DNA of 46,285 nt from Octopus bimaculoides (GCF_001194135.2 NC_069006.1:25137507-25183791), one strand, 5' to 3'; numbered from the stretch's first letter, positions 10,756 to 23,930 are shown. Made by a program: numbers and translations. The notes: a model not told the origin generated them from the sequence alone.

Positions 10756-11069
10756 AGTTTGAAATTGTCTGAAATAAAATCTCTCACTCTGTTATTCGTT
10801 TGCGTTTTTTCTCCAATTCTTTCCTTTGCTAAACATAACTTGATCAGAACCAACGTGTGGAAAAAATACCCGAACGGATTGCTCGGAAACAAAGATGTTT
10901 ATGGTTTTGTACTCATTGTAGTTGTACAGGTCATGCTGGGGAATTGCAGTAGAGTCAGTTGCATCAACCGGAGAAGGATCAGAGCCAAAGCAGACTCAAA
11001 GGTAATTCTGACATCCACCATTAACATTTCACATTAACATTGTGTCTCCCAAATGCGGGAGAGAGTCCA

Positions 11070-11520
11070 AACATGATACTGGAGGGAAAGAGGTAACATG
11101 CACCACTAACGTAGAGTGGTTATGCAACATGAATGAAACTGAAGAAAATCCTCTGCAAAAGGACTTTTAAGATAAGCAAGGAGGATGTTTGAAGTGAGAG
11201 ATCCCAAAGAAATCCAAAGGTGGCTGACCAGGGGCAGAAGAGAACTGTGTGAGAAGGGAACATCAAAGGGAAATCTGTTCATAATCTGGGTCAACCCATC
11301 ATGTGGAAGCTGTTGACTGGAATTCTGGATGGTCTAGACCTTACAAGGAAGGAAAAAGGGTGAGAATTGGTAAGTTGCAAGAATTGTATTCAGAGGAACT
11401 ACAGGCAAAGTTGAGCTCAACAGGAATTGCATCCAGCAATAGCAGGATGTTAAGGAGATGCAAAGAAACAGAAGAAAAAAAGAGAAAAGATATTTATTGT
11501 GTAGTGTTGTTGATGCAGTT
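11070..11520 (+). mobile_element. Decayed non-LTR retrotransposon fragment, R4/Dong-like, pre-RT and RT N-terminal region
   Basis: Frameshifted translations include EVTCTTNVEWL, WLTRGRRELCEKGTSKGN (from 11221) and PIMWKLLTGIL (Met at 11301), matching recalled R4-clade motifs NAEWL, WLTxGRTVLIQKDxSKGN and LPxMWKLLTGII. Contains stops and deletions. Confidence 0.65.
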
Positions 11521-11529
11521 GAAGTTTCA

Positions 11530-11753
11530 CCCTTTTGTTACCATATTCCTGCGGAGATGATCTCCGTTTCTTTCAATTAATTTTAGATATAACAAAGAAT
11601 TTAGTAAAATAACTTCGTTATCATTAAGCTAGTGTTAGGAACATAAATTGTGATTAAAGTTTGGTGGAAGATTTTAATTCAAAACTTATGAAAACAAGAC
11701 ATTTGTACTACAGAGCCAGAGGTGGTTTCAGCTGGGTTTTGGAATCAAAACGG
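11530..11753 (+). mobile_element. TTAA-type (piggyBac-like) MITE, family 1
   Basis: Imperfect 13-bp TIRs CCCTTTTGTTACC / GGAATCAAAACGG, right flank TTAA; homologous along its length to 36947-37167. Confidence 0.72.
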
Positions 11754-11764
11754 TTAAACTGGTA

Positions 11765-12080
11765 CTCCATTGGTTGTGACGATGAGGGTTCTAGTTGATC
11801 TGACTAACGGAACGGCCTGCTTGTGAAATTAACATACAAGTGGCTGAATACTTCACAGACATCCATACTCTTAACGTAGTTTCCTGGGACATTCAGCACG
11901 ACACAGAATACGAGAAGGCTGACCTTTTGAAATATAGGTACCATTCTAATTTTGCCAGCTGAGTGGGCTGGGGTAATGCAAAATAAAGTGTCTTGCTCAA
12001 GGAGCCTGTGCCACCAGGTTTTGAGTTCATGACTATATATGATCGTGAGCCGAATAACCTAACCACTCAGTCACACCTTA
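11765..12080 (-). mobile_element. SINE family C
   Basis: Reverse-complement homology to 10520-10755 over the head, central motif and tail. Confidence 0.8.
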
Positions 12081-12721
12081 CCCCTTGACAAGGGAGCAAG
12101 TAGAAAGCCTATTAGGCACTGACCCTGACTTTAGGACACAAACTTCTTAATTCAAAATCTTCCTTGAACATCTCAGGTTAATTTCTTCCAAACACCAGAT
12201 TAATAATGGGAAAGTAATTTTACTGACCTCTTCTTCATTATTTCCAAAATTAATTAAAACAGTGTATTTTAGCAAAAAGATGGTAACAAAAGGGTTAATA
12301 AAAAGGAAAGCTAATTTGGTACAGCTAATATAACAACAACAACAACAACAGGATTAGAGTTTATAATATAGCTACAGCTTATTTGTACCTTGACCTATAT
12401 CACGAATACACTTGTTAAATGGAAGCACTTCAGGGTTAGAAACCAATTTATTACACAGTATTTATTTATATAGTTGGGGGGGGGGGTGAAAGTACTGATC
12501 TTTATTTATGAAAATGAATCTTTTTCACAATTGTTGAGGTTTAAAAACTGATGCCATCGATTTGTGTCACATTTCTTTATTGTTGCTAAACATCATCTGA
12601 TAGTCTTTTGTTTTTTACATATACACATGTATATATATTCATGTGAGTATCTCGCTCTCTCTCTCTCTCTCTCTGTCTAAATACACACACACACAAACTA
12701 ATGTTTTCTTGGTCTCATCAA

Positions 12722-13058
12722 ACTTGGCTGGGTGGTAAGAAGCTCGCTTCCCAACCACATGGTTCCAGTTTCAGTCCTACTGTGCGACACCTTGGGCTGA
12801 TCAAAGCCTTGTGAGTGGATTTGGTAGACAGAAACTGAAAGAAGCCCATCATATATGCGTGTGTGTGTGTATTTGTCCCCCACCACCATTTGACAACCAG
12901 TGTTGGTTTGTTTACATCCCCATGGCTTAGCACTTCAGCAAAAGAGACCGATAAAATAAGTCCTAGGTTTAAAAAAAAAAAATTTCTGGTGGGGTTGATT
13001 CATTCAACTAAAATCTTTTCAAGGTGTTGCATCAGCATGACCACAGTGTAATGACTGA

Positions 13059-13060
<2 letters not shown>
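12722..13060 (+). mobile_element. tRNA-derived CORE-type SINE family B (octopus OR-like)
   Basis: Box A TGGCTGGGTGG, box B-like GTTTCAGTCC, CACCTTGGGC CORE-like motif, body GTGAGTGGATTTGGTAGACAGAAACTGAAAGAAGCCC. Confidence 0.85.
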
Positions 13061-13095
<35 letters not shown>

Positions 13096-13735
13096 CATAC
13101 ACACACACAAAGAAAGGATCTTTCTTGGCCTTGTGAAAAGCCAGTTATGGCCAGTTTGAACAGGTAGATTATTATTAGGGTTGGATATGGTTGATTCAGC
13201 CCTTTAACATTAAGATTACTCCATCAAATGTAATCCTTATTCATTCCCATTGGATTAATCATGCATTATCTCATACATAGCTTTGAGATTTCACTGATGG
13301 GACTTCTTATTTCAAGCATGATATTGTGGGTTGTGTGTGAGAGACCAGACCTGGCTGATTTGAATATAAGACAGATAGAACATTTGGGCCAAATAATGGC
13401 CTGTTTAAATGCTAAAGTGTTAAACACCAAATGCTTGTCTTTAGCAGAGAACCCTTTGAAGGTGGTGCCAAGACAAACAGTAAACCAACAACAGAAAACT
13501 AATGATTCAAAGACCTGAAAATAGCTGCTTTTGTGTGGTGTGGATAACTGGTTTGGGTAGTGGTGAGTATAAATATGTGTATAGGAGTAGATAGGGTAGA
13601 CGGAAACTGAAAGAAGACTTATTATTCTTAACCTAGAAAATCCACAATGAAACAGGGGCCTCGACATATCTGGAATGTACGGGCAAGACAGTTTGTTGGT
13701 AACAGTTTAAACTGTGAGACTGTCACATACACAAC

Positions 13736-13809
<74 letters not shown>

Positions 13810-13975
13810 ATGTGACGTTTCCTAACAAGGAGGTAGAAAGTCAACTTGGCTCATATACGTAGGATCTGGCTGACAGGGCCGGAGACTTCTAAAACCTCTT
13901 TGTTTATCAGGGGCTAGGAACTAACACTCCCTGGTAAGGAGCCAATAAGAAATAGCAAAAGATTTCTGAGATTAA

Positions 13976-14306
13976 CCCTTTGTTTCTCCAAATCATTTTC
14001 CTAAGTTGGTCCTAGACATCCATGCTCGTTTTCAGATTTTTAGTCAGCTCGTTTCGTATATTCTGCATAATATAAAAGTTTTCCTTCCTTAAGCTTCAAA
14101 GTTACTCTGGCAGTTGAAAGGAAATTAGGAAATGTGTATAATGAATGATACACAGGCGCCAGAGAAATATGTTGTGTGTCATGTGGGATAGGCAGGACAG
14201 GAAAAGAATTGAAATTCACAGGTTTTTTTCCCAGTGATGTGAGAGAGAAATCAACAACACAATGCATTAATTATTAATCTAGTTTTGGTCAAGAGAAAGG
14301 AAAGGG
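13976..14306. mobile_element. TTAA-flanked MITE-like element, family 2
   Basis: TTAA|CCCTTTGTTTCTC ... GAGAAAGGAAAGGG|TTAA; single copy in the window. Confidence 0.55.
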
Positions 14307-14511
14307 TTAAATGTTGCCAGCAAGGAACTTGGTTCACCACAGTGTGTATAAACTGACAACTTGTGTATATAAGATGTATTAATAAATATTGGAAGGGTTT
14401 GTATTAAAATGAGAACAGGTTATTGACATGTAAGGATTATAAATGCACTTATATATATTAGGATTAAAGTCAAATTTTATTTCCACTGTAATTATAGAGT
14501 CATATGGTTTG

Positions 14512-14870
14512 AAGGCTGGGTGGCTGTATTGTAAGAAGTTTGCTTTCCAACCAGATGGTTCCGGGTTCAGTCCCACTGTATGACACCTTAAGCACGTGTC
14601 TTCTACTATAGCTACAAACCAATGAAAGCCTCGTGAGTGGATTTGGTAGACGGAAACTGAAAGAAGTCTGTCGTGTATGTTATGTGTCATTGTGTCTGTC
14701 CCTCACTATCGCTTCGCAACTGGTGTCGGTGTGTTTATGTACCCAAAACTTAGCAGTTCAGCAAAAGGGACAAACACCCCCAAAAAAAAAAAATACTTGG
14801 GTCAATTCATTCAGCTAAAAATTCTTCAAGGAGTTGCTCCAGCATGGCAGCAGTCAAATAACTGAAATAA
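14512..14870 (+). mobile_element. SINE family B
   Basis: GGTTCCGGGTTCAGTCCCACTG head and conserved body and tail. Confidence 0.85.
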
Positions 14871-15124
14871 GTCATTTGACTTATAAAAGATAAAAAGATA
14901 CTAACAGCAGATGACAAGTGAATCGTTATGTGACTGTTCAAACTGCTAGAAACAGTAGTCAAATGTCCCTGCAATCACAATACACTCTTTAAAAAGAAGG
15001 GGTCATTAAGTACACTTAGATGCGGGTGGGGACAAGAGAATAAGGGTTTGGACACTGCTTGAGGGCTGTATTGGGTCTAACTTCAGAATTATATGTAAAG
15101 ACACAAACAATATATCCTTTCCTT

Positions 15125-15430
15125 GTTTCAGCTATTCAACTACGGCCATGCTGGGGCACCACCTTGAAGAATTTTAGTTGATTGAATCAACCCCAGTAAC
15201 GTTTTTTTTTCTCTCTAACTAATGGGGATGTACATACACCAACACCAGCTGTCAAGCAGTGGTGGGGAAACAGACACACACAGAGGCTTCTTTCAGTTTC
15301 TATCTACCAAATCCACTCACAGGGCTTTGGTAGGCCTGAGGTTGTAATTGAAGACAGTTGCCCAAGGTACCACGCAATGGGACTGAACCTGGAACCATGT
15401 GGTTGGGAAGCAAGCTTCTTATCACACAGC
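15125..15430 (-). mobile_element. SINE family B, inverted relative to 14512-14870
   Basis: Reverse complement reads AAGAAGCTTGCTTCCCAACCACATGGTTCCAGGTTCAGTCCCATTGCGTGGTACCTTGGGCAA... Confidence 0.85.
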
Positions 15431-15575
15431 TAAATATATATAAAATCCCAGCATGGCCACAATCTAATGACCGGACTAAGTATAATACAATAAACGCACA
15501 CACACACACAAACCACAGGAACGACAGGTTAGTAAAACCAAATTGCTTGCATTATAATAATAATAATAATTAGTC

Positions 15576-15606
<31 letters not shown>

Positions 15607-16677
15607 GGAAAGCAAAATGTGTGCTGTAACAGTGACATTGTTTAAGTGTTTAATTGAAAATGCTTTAACAATGAAACAAATATTGACTTGCAGGAAGTTG
15701 AAATTAATAAAGGAAAGAAGCGAAACGGGTGCTCATTGAGGCAGAATGAGGAGGGGACACAGCCGAGAGCCGGGTGTCGATGACGGCGGGGATGCAGCAG
15801 GCTGACTATGTTCGCAGTCATCGTCAGCTAAGGGGCAAGAAAATTGTTTATGGTAAAATAACTGAGAGGAATGTGAATGAAGGAGAGAAAGGATTTTGGT
15901 AACACATTATTCAAGAGAGAGAGAGAGAGGAAGACGGAGGAATTTTTCCAATGTGACAGTGAACAAAGAAGATATAGGAAGAAAACTGATGTAATTGCAA
16001 CTTGAGCAGTATTGGCAGCTTATAATAGTGTGTATTGTAAAAATATTTTATATCCCTCCCAGCAGCTAATGGATTAATTTGATGTTTGAAGATGCTTTCT
16101 GTTGCATGTCTTCCTGAAATTGCAGACACAAGTGAACAAAGTGGAGATCGCCTATCATGTATTTCACGCACACTGAGGAGAGAGAGAGAAGGAGAGAGAG
16201 AGAGAGAGAGAAGCTTATATGATAAATCAGACGGCCATGGTGACGATGACGACGACATAATAGGACTTAACAGAAGGATAGTGTTTCATACATAATAACA
16301 ACTTTAAGTATTACTGGCAATAGAAATGATGCACACACTATATATAAACATACACACACACACACACACGTACGTAGACGCATTCATCATTATAAACAAC
16401 GAACAGCACGACACATACACACACGTGTGTAGAGAACCTCGGGAAACAGATTTATGATTAATATTTAACAAAACAACAACAAAAGGCACTAGAAATAATT
16501 GGTTTGTGTTGGAAGTATTGCAAGCGATAAAAGACAGCCAGAGGATCAAAGCCCACGATGTTATATTGCAAAGAGACTATAAAAGAAAGACCGGAGAGGG
16601 GGGGGGCACACAAAAAAATAGAAAAATAAGATGAAGGAACAGTCCTAGAAAAACACAAAAATCGTGCACCCGTTTAT

Positions 16678-16934
16678 NNNNNNNNNNNNNNNNNNNNNNN
16701 NNNNNNNNNNNNNNNNNNNNNNNNNNNNNNNNNNNNNNNNNNNNNNNNNNNNNNNNNNNNNNNNNNNNNNNNNNNNNNNNNNNNNNNNNNNNNNNNNNNN
16801 NNNNNNNNNNNNNNNNNNNNNNNNNNNNNNNNNNNNNNNNNNNNNNNNNNNNNNNNNNNNNNNNNNNNNNNNNNNNNNNNNNNNNNNNNNNNNNNNNNNN
16901 NNNNNNNNNNNNNNNNNNNNNNNNNNNNNNNNNN
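16678..16934. other. Assembly gap (N-run)
   Basis: 257 N. Confidence 1.
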
Positions 16935-17145
16935 TGCAGAAAGATATTTTTCTGTTCGGCATGTGACCAAGGAGGAAAAAAAGAATTATTAGCGTTTTTT
17001 GCTTTTCTGATTTTCTTCTCTTTTTTTCCACATAAAAAGGAGGAAAAGAAACGACAACATTAGGGTGAAATAGTTCTGTGTTAAATCACTAAAGTTTGAG
17101 AAAAGAGAGGAAGGAAATCTTAATAAAAACATAGGCCCTTAAGAG

Positions 17146-17199
<54 letters not shown>

Positions 17200-18541
17200 G
17201 TATGTGTATACATGTTAGTAGCTATAGCATCACTGTATTGAAAAATCATGTACAATTATTCTGTCTTTGTAGACGTAGCTCTTTCTTGACTCTGGGGGAG
17301 AAAATGGAAAATAAATTTTCCTTCTTTTTTTCACTCCTCGAAACATTATTTCCAAGCAGTAAGTTTAGATGTCGAAAAATTAAACTACTGCCCTGGAAGG
17401 AATATTAAAAATGAAATGTCATAATGGTTTATAATCAGAGTCACTACTCCATCTAGACAATTTCTCTGTTGTGTATATGTATGTGTATATATATATAAAA
17501 TACTATTATTATAGATAGGGTTTTGATATACACACACATGTGTGAGTGTGTGAAAAGAAAACAACAAGCAAGAACAAGCAGGTGCAAAAATGGTACGGAG
17601 GAATGCTGGAAGTAAATGCGAATGAGACTAATGAAAAGATGGATAAATAGAGAGATTGGGAATAAATTCTACAGAAATGAAATGACATTGTTATAGCACA
17701 AGAAGTGGAAACAACCCAACCAATTTCAACTTCAACCGATATGGAAAAATATTAACTAGAAAATTCCAGAAAAATATTAGCACCATTACAGTGTGTGTGT
17801 GTGTGTGTGTGTGTGTGGTGTGACGACAAAATGGTTTTTAGGAATTATAATAATAATCCTTTAGATCTACTTTCTTTTTCTCTCTCTCAATCACCTTCAA
17901 TTCCCAATCTTAATTTTCAGACCGACGGCGATGTATGTCAGTGTGTGTGTATGTGATGGAATTCGGTTTTAAGGCAAAAGAAAAAAGAAGAAAGAAAAAA
18001 AAGAATCTTCAGATTAGTGCCACCTGAAATTTGTACCTGAACATTCTGCACGCCTTCTTCCATTCTAGGTTCACATTACTTTCTTTACAAAGAGAACCAG
18101 AGTTTCTTTAACGCACCGATGTCACCAGCAAACCACAGAAATACATGGAACGAAATAAGCAATTCATACATACACCCGTTACGAACGTACGTGCGTACGG
18201 GTGTATATCTATGTATGTGTATTTATGTATGACTATATTAAAGGAAGATGAAGTATAACGAGTGTTCACCTTTCCACTGGTGGTAAAATTTGCTGCCCAA
18301 CTCCAAGTGGAATTATGCTGTTATTATTATTATTATTATTATTATTATCAATCTTATTATTATGTAAGCGAGAGCAGGTTCACAAGTGGAAACTAATAAA
18401 CCAAGATGACTGTTGCCTATTACATCATGGTGATAATCGGGGTGGATGGTGTCCGGGTACGAGAAGAAGAAGAAAGAGATATACGCAAAATAGTAGCGGA
18501 AGGTTGTTTGACTGATAGCGAAAGGGGGACTCGGAAGCATG

Positions 18542-18576
<35 letters not shown>

Positions 18577-18857
18577 TGTGTGTCGGAAGCTGCAAGCACT
18601 TCTAATTCACACACACACACACAGGTATGGGAATAGAAGCAGAACACTCGGCCCACGGAATATACAGATATGCACCGATAGATGATGGATGGGTGTGTAT
18701 ATGTGTGTGTGTATAATATATATACGTATCTATGTATATATTCATTCCTCGCATATAATCTACCCTTTTTCCATTGCTCAAGAGAGAGACTATGGATAAT
18801 TTTGTTACTGTGACTACTGCTGTTCAACCTAGAGACAAGACCGTAATAAAAGGGTGC

Positions 18858-18889
<32 letters not shown>

Positions 18890-20399
18890 ATTTGATGGGA
18901 AAAGTGAAGGTGGATAGGGCGAGTGAATTAGTTTATAGGTACAAGATGCTTAAGAGAAAGAGGTACATAGAGTAAGCCCCGCCAAAAGGAGGGGGGGGTA
19001 GAATTGAAGTTGGGGGTATTCGACAGTAAGCACCATCACAACCAGCACCACCCAGAGTAGAAGAAAGAAAGAAAGAAAGAATAATAAAGAGAAGGAAAGC
19101 AAAAAGGGAGTAGTTGCCAAACAATCAAGCAGGTTAGAGGCGAACGACAAGAAGTCACGCAGCGACAAGTTGGCTACTCGATGTTAATTCACACTTAAAC
19201 AACACTTGGTAAATAAACATTAGTTAGGAGCAGGTCGAAATGAGTAAACACACACACACACGGAGGGCTATCTGTCAGTATTTGATATATATATTTATAT
19301 TATATATATATATATACACACACGCACGCACACAAGTATGTTATATATATATATATATATATATATATGAGGATTGACAGATTTAATGAGAGAGGGTGAA
19401 GAACGAACCAGTGACAAGATCGGAGCAGCAGAATAGCGAATAATGGCTTAGTAAAATACATAAATAAATAATGTAATACTAGAAAAGCAGCAGAGGCAAG
19501 TATTTAAAGATAGATGATCAGTTCTAGAGAGAAATAGAGAGATAGAGAGAGAGAGAGAGAGAATTAGCTGCCGTCTCTTGTATCTAACCAGACCGAAAGT
19601 GCTGCTGCTGCTAATGGTGGCGGTGGTGGTGGTGGTTCGATGTAAGCTTAAGTAGGAGATCAGAACGGAAACTATCAACATGATAGACAAGCTTAGGTAC
19701 ACATACACAACCACTCGACTTAGTTCAATACTGTGTGTTGGACTGCTGCTTTGCAGTGATGCTGTGAAAATCCTTGCCACACACACGTACAACTAGGTTT
19801 CTAGGTAGCTGCCATAGACTCTCACAAGACAACCTGATATGAATGACGAAGTTCGGACAAGAAAGATGGAGAGAAAGATAGAGAGACACATACACAGATA
19901 GAGAGAGAGTTAAGGGGTGGTGGAGCAGGGCTAATAATTTAGAGCGAGTGATAGGAGAGACGGAGGTAAGGCTGTGAGGGTTTGTTTGTCGGATGGTGGA
20001 GAGAGACGACGGTGCCGTCAGCAATGGCTAGATGACTGCAACGAAGAAAACGACTGACAAAACGAACACACCAAGATAGAAGAAGAAGAAGAATCGTAAA
20101 TGGTAACAAACTGATAAACAAATAACAGACGGGTTTAGGGTTTGTAATGGAGCGGAATGGTAGATTAGTAAAGTGTTCGGTTAGGGAGAATTGCCAACAC
20201 CCCCATCACGGTCCGTGTGGTTTATTATTAAATGAAGACCACCGTTAGAGTACCAAGGTTGAGGTTACGAGTGTTGGGGAGGAGCAGCAAACACGGCCTG
20301 TTACCCCCTGCTTAATGCAGACAGGCACGTATAGTGTATTTCATGGACAGGTATGTATATACATGTGCGTGTGTATAGAGGTATCTTAAGGGTAGATCG

Positions 20400-20584
20400 A
20401 GATGCGTGTATGTGTTTAGAGTATAAGGTGTTAGGAAACCAAAAAATCTCTCAAAATCGTGTGTAGTGACATTGGGAGGAAGTCAGAGCTTTGGAGATAA
20501 GGATAGAGGGAGGGAGAGGGGGAAGAATAAGCGAGAGAGAGAGAGTGAGTATGGAGACGAGTGAGCGTGCGTGTAGAGACAGAT

Positions 20585-20616
<32 letters not shown>

Positions 20617-21100
20617 TGATAGAGACAGCGTGTATATGTCTGATGACAGAGATAGAGTATGTGACTATGGAGAGATATAAGAAGTGTGTTACACAGAGAA
20701 AGTGTAAATGGTTAGAGGATGAGGATAGAGAGAGAGTGAAAGGTAGAGGATACAGAGAATGGAGAGAAGTGTGAGGAGAGAGAGGTGGATGATAGAGAAA
20801 GGTGCAGAGAGAGAGAGAGACAATGCCATATATATAGAGAGGGTGAGGGTGAAGGTAGAGATAGATTGAATTATATAGGGGAGGTAAGTACGGGGTGAGA
20901 AAGAAAGTGAGTTGTAGAGGGAGATAGGGAGAGATTAGAAAAAAAAGAGGATGTAAGGAAAGAACAGAGAGGGGATAAAAAAAGAAAGGGTAAAAAACCG
21001 AGCGAAAGAGATAGAGAGCTTGGGGGGGCAGGGTGAGGTAGAAAGAAAAGTGAAGGGTGGCAGGAAGTTTGAGAAGAGTAATGAAGGGGAGGGGAGACGA
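20400..21100. repeat. Purine-rich (GA) low-complexity tract
   Basis: Mostly A/G on the plus strand with embedded (AG)n runs. Confidence 0.8.
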
Positions 21101-21922
21101 GAATGGACGTTTACATGTGGGTGTGCACCACTGACGGCAAATGGAACGAGTGTGTGTGTGTATATCTATATAGGTGCGTGTGTATATTTGTATACATAAA
21201 TGTATATATATATATACACACGCTCTCAGACGGTTTTGCTGCTAAGTTATGAAGGCACAGAGTAAGTGATTATTTCACAAGCACCAACTTTGTGCTCTTC
21301 CAACGGAGGTGGCTTTTTTGTCTTCCGTTCTTTAGTCGCCAACATCGATCGGTCGATAGTGAAAAAAGAAAAGAGATACAGAGAAGGTGAATTCGAAGAC
21401 AAGATCGAAAGAACACAAGGTTGGTTGGGTGTGTGTGGAGAGAGAGAGAGAGACAGTAAATAAAGTGTGTCTATTGAGAAAGTCGACCAAAAGTCTGGTA
21501 CCATTAGCTTTAACAGTCATCGAGCAATCGTATCAATAATAATAATAGTAATGATGTGTTGGGGGGGAGGAGACAAACCAAGCAAAGAATATATGTATAT
21601 ATGGTCGGTTGATGAAAGACCAACGATGGTGGCAGCATTATTAGAGCGGGCACTAACTGGAAGCATCTTTTGCAGAGAATAACTACAGTGCAGGAGGGGA
21701 GGGGGGGGAGAAAGAGACACACACAAACCATTCTATATAGACAAAATAGTTTTATGATACATACATATATATTATATATATGTATGATACGTATATACAG
21801 AGTGAAGGGGAAATCGCTGTTTGTATACACGTTTCGTTCATGCTTTCAAGCGTGTGTATGTATGTGAATAAATACACACACATAATGTATATAGTGTATG
21901 TATACACATCAATGTATATATA

Positions 21923-21956
<34 letters not shown>

Positions 21957-22030
21957 GTTATTCACACACATGCTAGTACACCATACACATATACACACAC
22001 ACACACACACGTGTGTGTACAGACGCACAC

Positions 22031-23700
22031 CTCCAGTAACCTTCCTGTAATGAGTTCCTTTCCTCCATTCCGATCTCTCGCAAGAACCAAGCAAACAGTA
22101 TTATGGAGTATCGTCTTCTAAATGTGAAGAACGACTGGCTCTCTTATTTGCCAGCCACGAAATCTGTCCTACTCCATTCAAGCTGCCAGCAAAGCCAGTC
22201 TGTCACTGCCGTCCGTACATTAAATATAATATAATGTTCCCAACTATTACCACAACCGCTGCGACAGAGAGAGAGAGGGATTAAAGAGGCAGATAGGAAA
22301 GGGGAGAGAGAACGAGAGAAAGATAAGAGAAACAGAGTGGGAGTGCTACCAGTGACACACAGAGAGGGGGAGTGAGTGTTTATGTAATGTTGTAGAGAGA
22401 GGGAAAGAGCGAGACAGGGAGTGTGTGTATGTAACATTATAAAGAGGGGGAAGAGCGAGGCGAAGAGTGTATGTATTGTTTCAGAGGGAGGGAAAGAGAA
22501 AGTGAGTGCGTGATGTTATATATAGAGAGGGGGGCAATGAACGAAAGAGAGAGCGAGCGTGTGTGCGCTCTCCATCTTGGAAAAAGCTAGCAACAATAAA
22601 AGAGCAGAATATTTCACTCACCTCATTGGTTTAATTAAGCCGAACCAGTTTAGCTGATTAGAAGTAGGGGCAGTGTTGTGTCCAGTGGTGTTGTTACGAG
22701 TGAGGAGGACCAGAGTAAGGTGATGGCCGAACACTCGGTCCCCTTGTAGACCTTAAGTCAGGTGGGAGAGGCCTGAGAAGCGCACAGAACCCACCGAGAA
22801 GTGTTCGCTGGAGCTGGCGAAGACGATCCAATATGGCGCCTTACCCTGCCTAGAAAAGCTGCCAGTGGTGCTACTTTGCTTACGAAGACGATGGCGACGG
22901 CGACCAGGGCAGTGGAAGCAGCCACCACACACACACACACACACACACACACTGCTGCCTGTCTTCTTTCTCTCTCTGCTTTATACAAACCGCTGCTTTG
23001 CTTATTATTATTACTACTTCCACTACCTTGGCCTCCTCGCTAACAAAACTCTTTTTCAACTCCCTGTACCGTCTGCTACTTTTCTGCTGATACCGCCGAC
23101 TGGTTTCGCTACACGCTTTTTACTTTTTTTTTCTTCCTTCTCTCGCCTCTTCTCCAACAACTGCTGTTCCATCTTCATACCACATCATTTTTCTCTCTCT
23201 ATCACATCAGACCCTCAATCTTTATATATAGAGAGAGTATTTTTTTTTTTTACCCCACCGTCATCAACAACATTATTAGTATTTCGATCATCGTTATTGT
23301 TAATTATTCCCATAATTGTGATTGAGATAAGAAAAGAAATTAACCCCTTAACGTGACGACTGGAGGAAGTTGGATAAAAAAAAAGGACTTGAAAAAAGGG
23401 GAGGAAAAAAGCTTGACAGGACTTTTCGACAACAAACTAATTATAAAAATTAACACCAAAGACATTACATCGATGAATGGGGGCGGGGAAGCAAAAGTTG
23501 CGAAGCGCGCACCTTGGTAAAAAAAAGGGGGGGGGCGAGGTTGGCCCGAGTTGTGGACCCTGCAGGGCAGGTGGATATAACAGCATGCAATTACAAACGA
23601 GTCATCATCGTCGCTAATGGAGCAATTAAAAGTTAGCTAATTAATACGTAACACACGCACACAGTCAATAATCTCTTACAACAAGCAAAGGTTGAGAGAA
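22031..23700 (-). promoter_or_regulatory. Candidate internal promoter and 5' leader exons inside the 31.4-kb intron
   Basis: CpG-rich by eye, GC-box-like GGGGCGGGG at ~23480, minus-strand donors AGG|gtaagg (22845) and GAG|gtgagt (22622), and acceptor tctctgtcgcag| (22258). No transcript data available. Confidence 0.4.
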
Positions 23701-23754
23701 ACACCTCCGATTATATATAAATATACACACACATATATATATTAAATACATCAA

Positions 23755-23930
23755 CGTGTCTCCTCACTACTGCTTGACGATCGGTGTTGGTTTGTTTACG
23801 TCCCTGTAACTTAACGGTTCGCTTGATGCCGATTAAGCACTAGGCTCAAAAAAAAAACTACTGCGGTCGATTCATTCGACCATAACCCTTCGGGGTGGTG
23901 CCCCAGCATGGGCGTAGTCCAATGACTAAA
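23755..23930 (+). mobile_element. SINE family B 3' half
   Basis: GGTGTTGGTTTGTTTACGTCCCTGTAACTTA...GGTGGTGCCCCAGCATGG...GTCCAATGACT. Confidence 0.75.
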
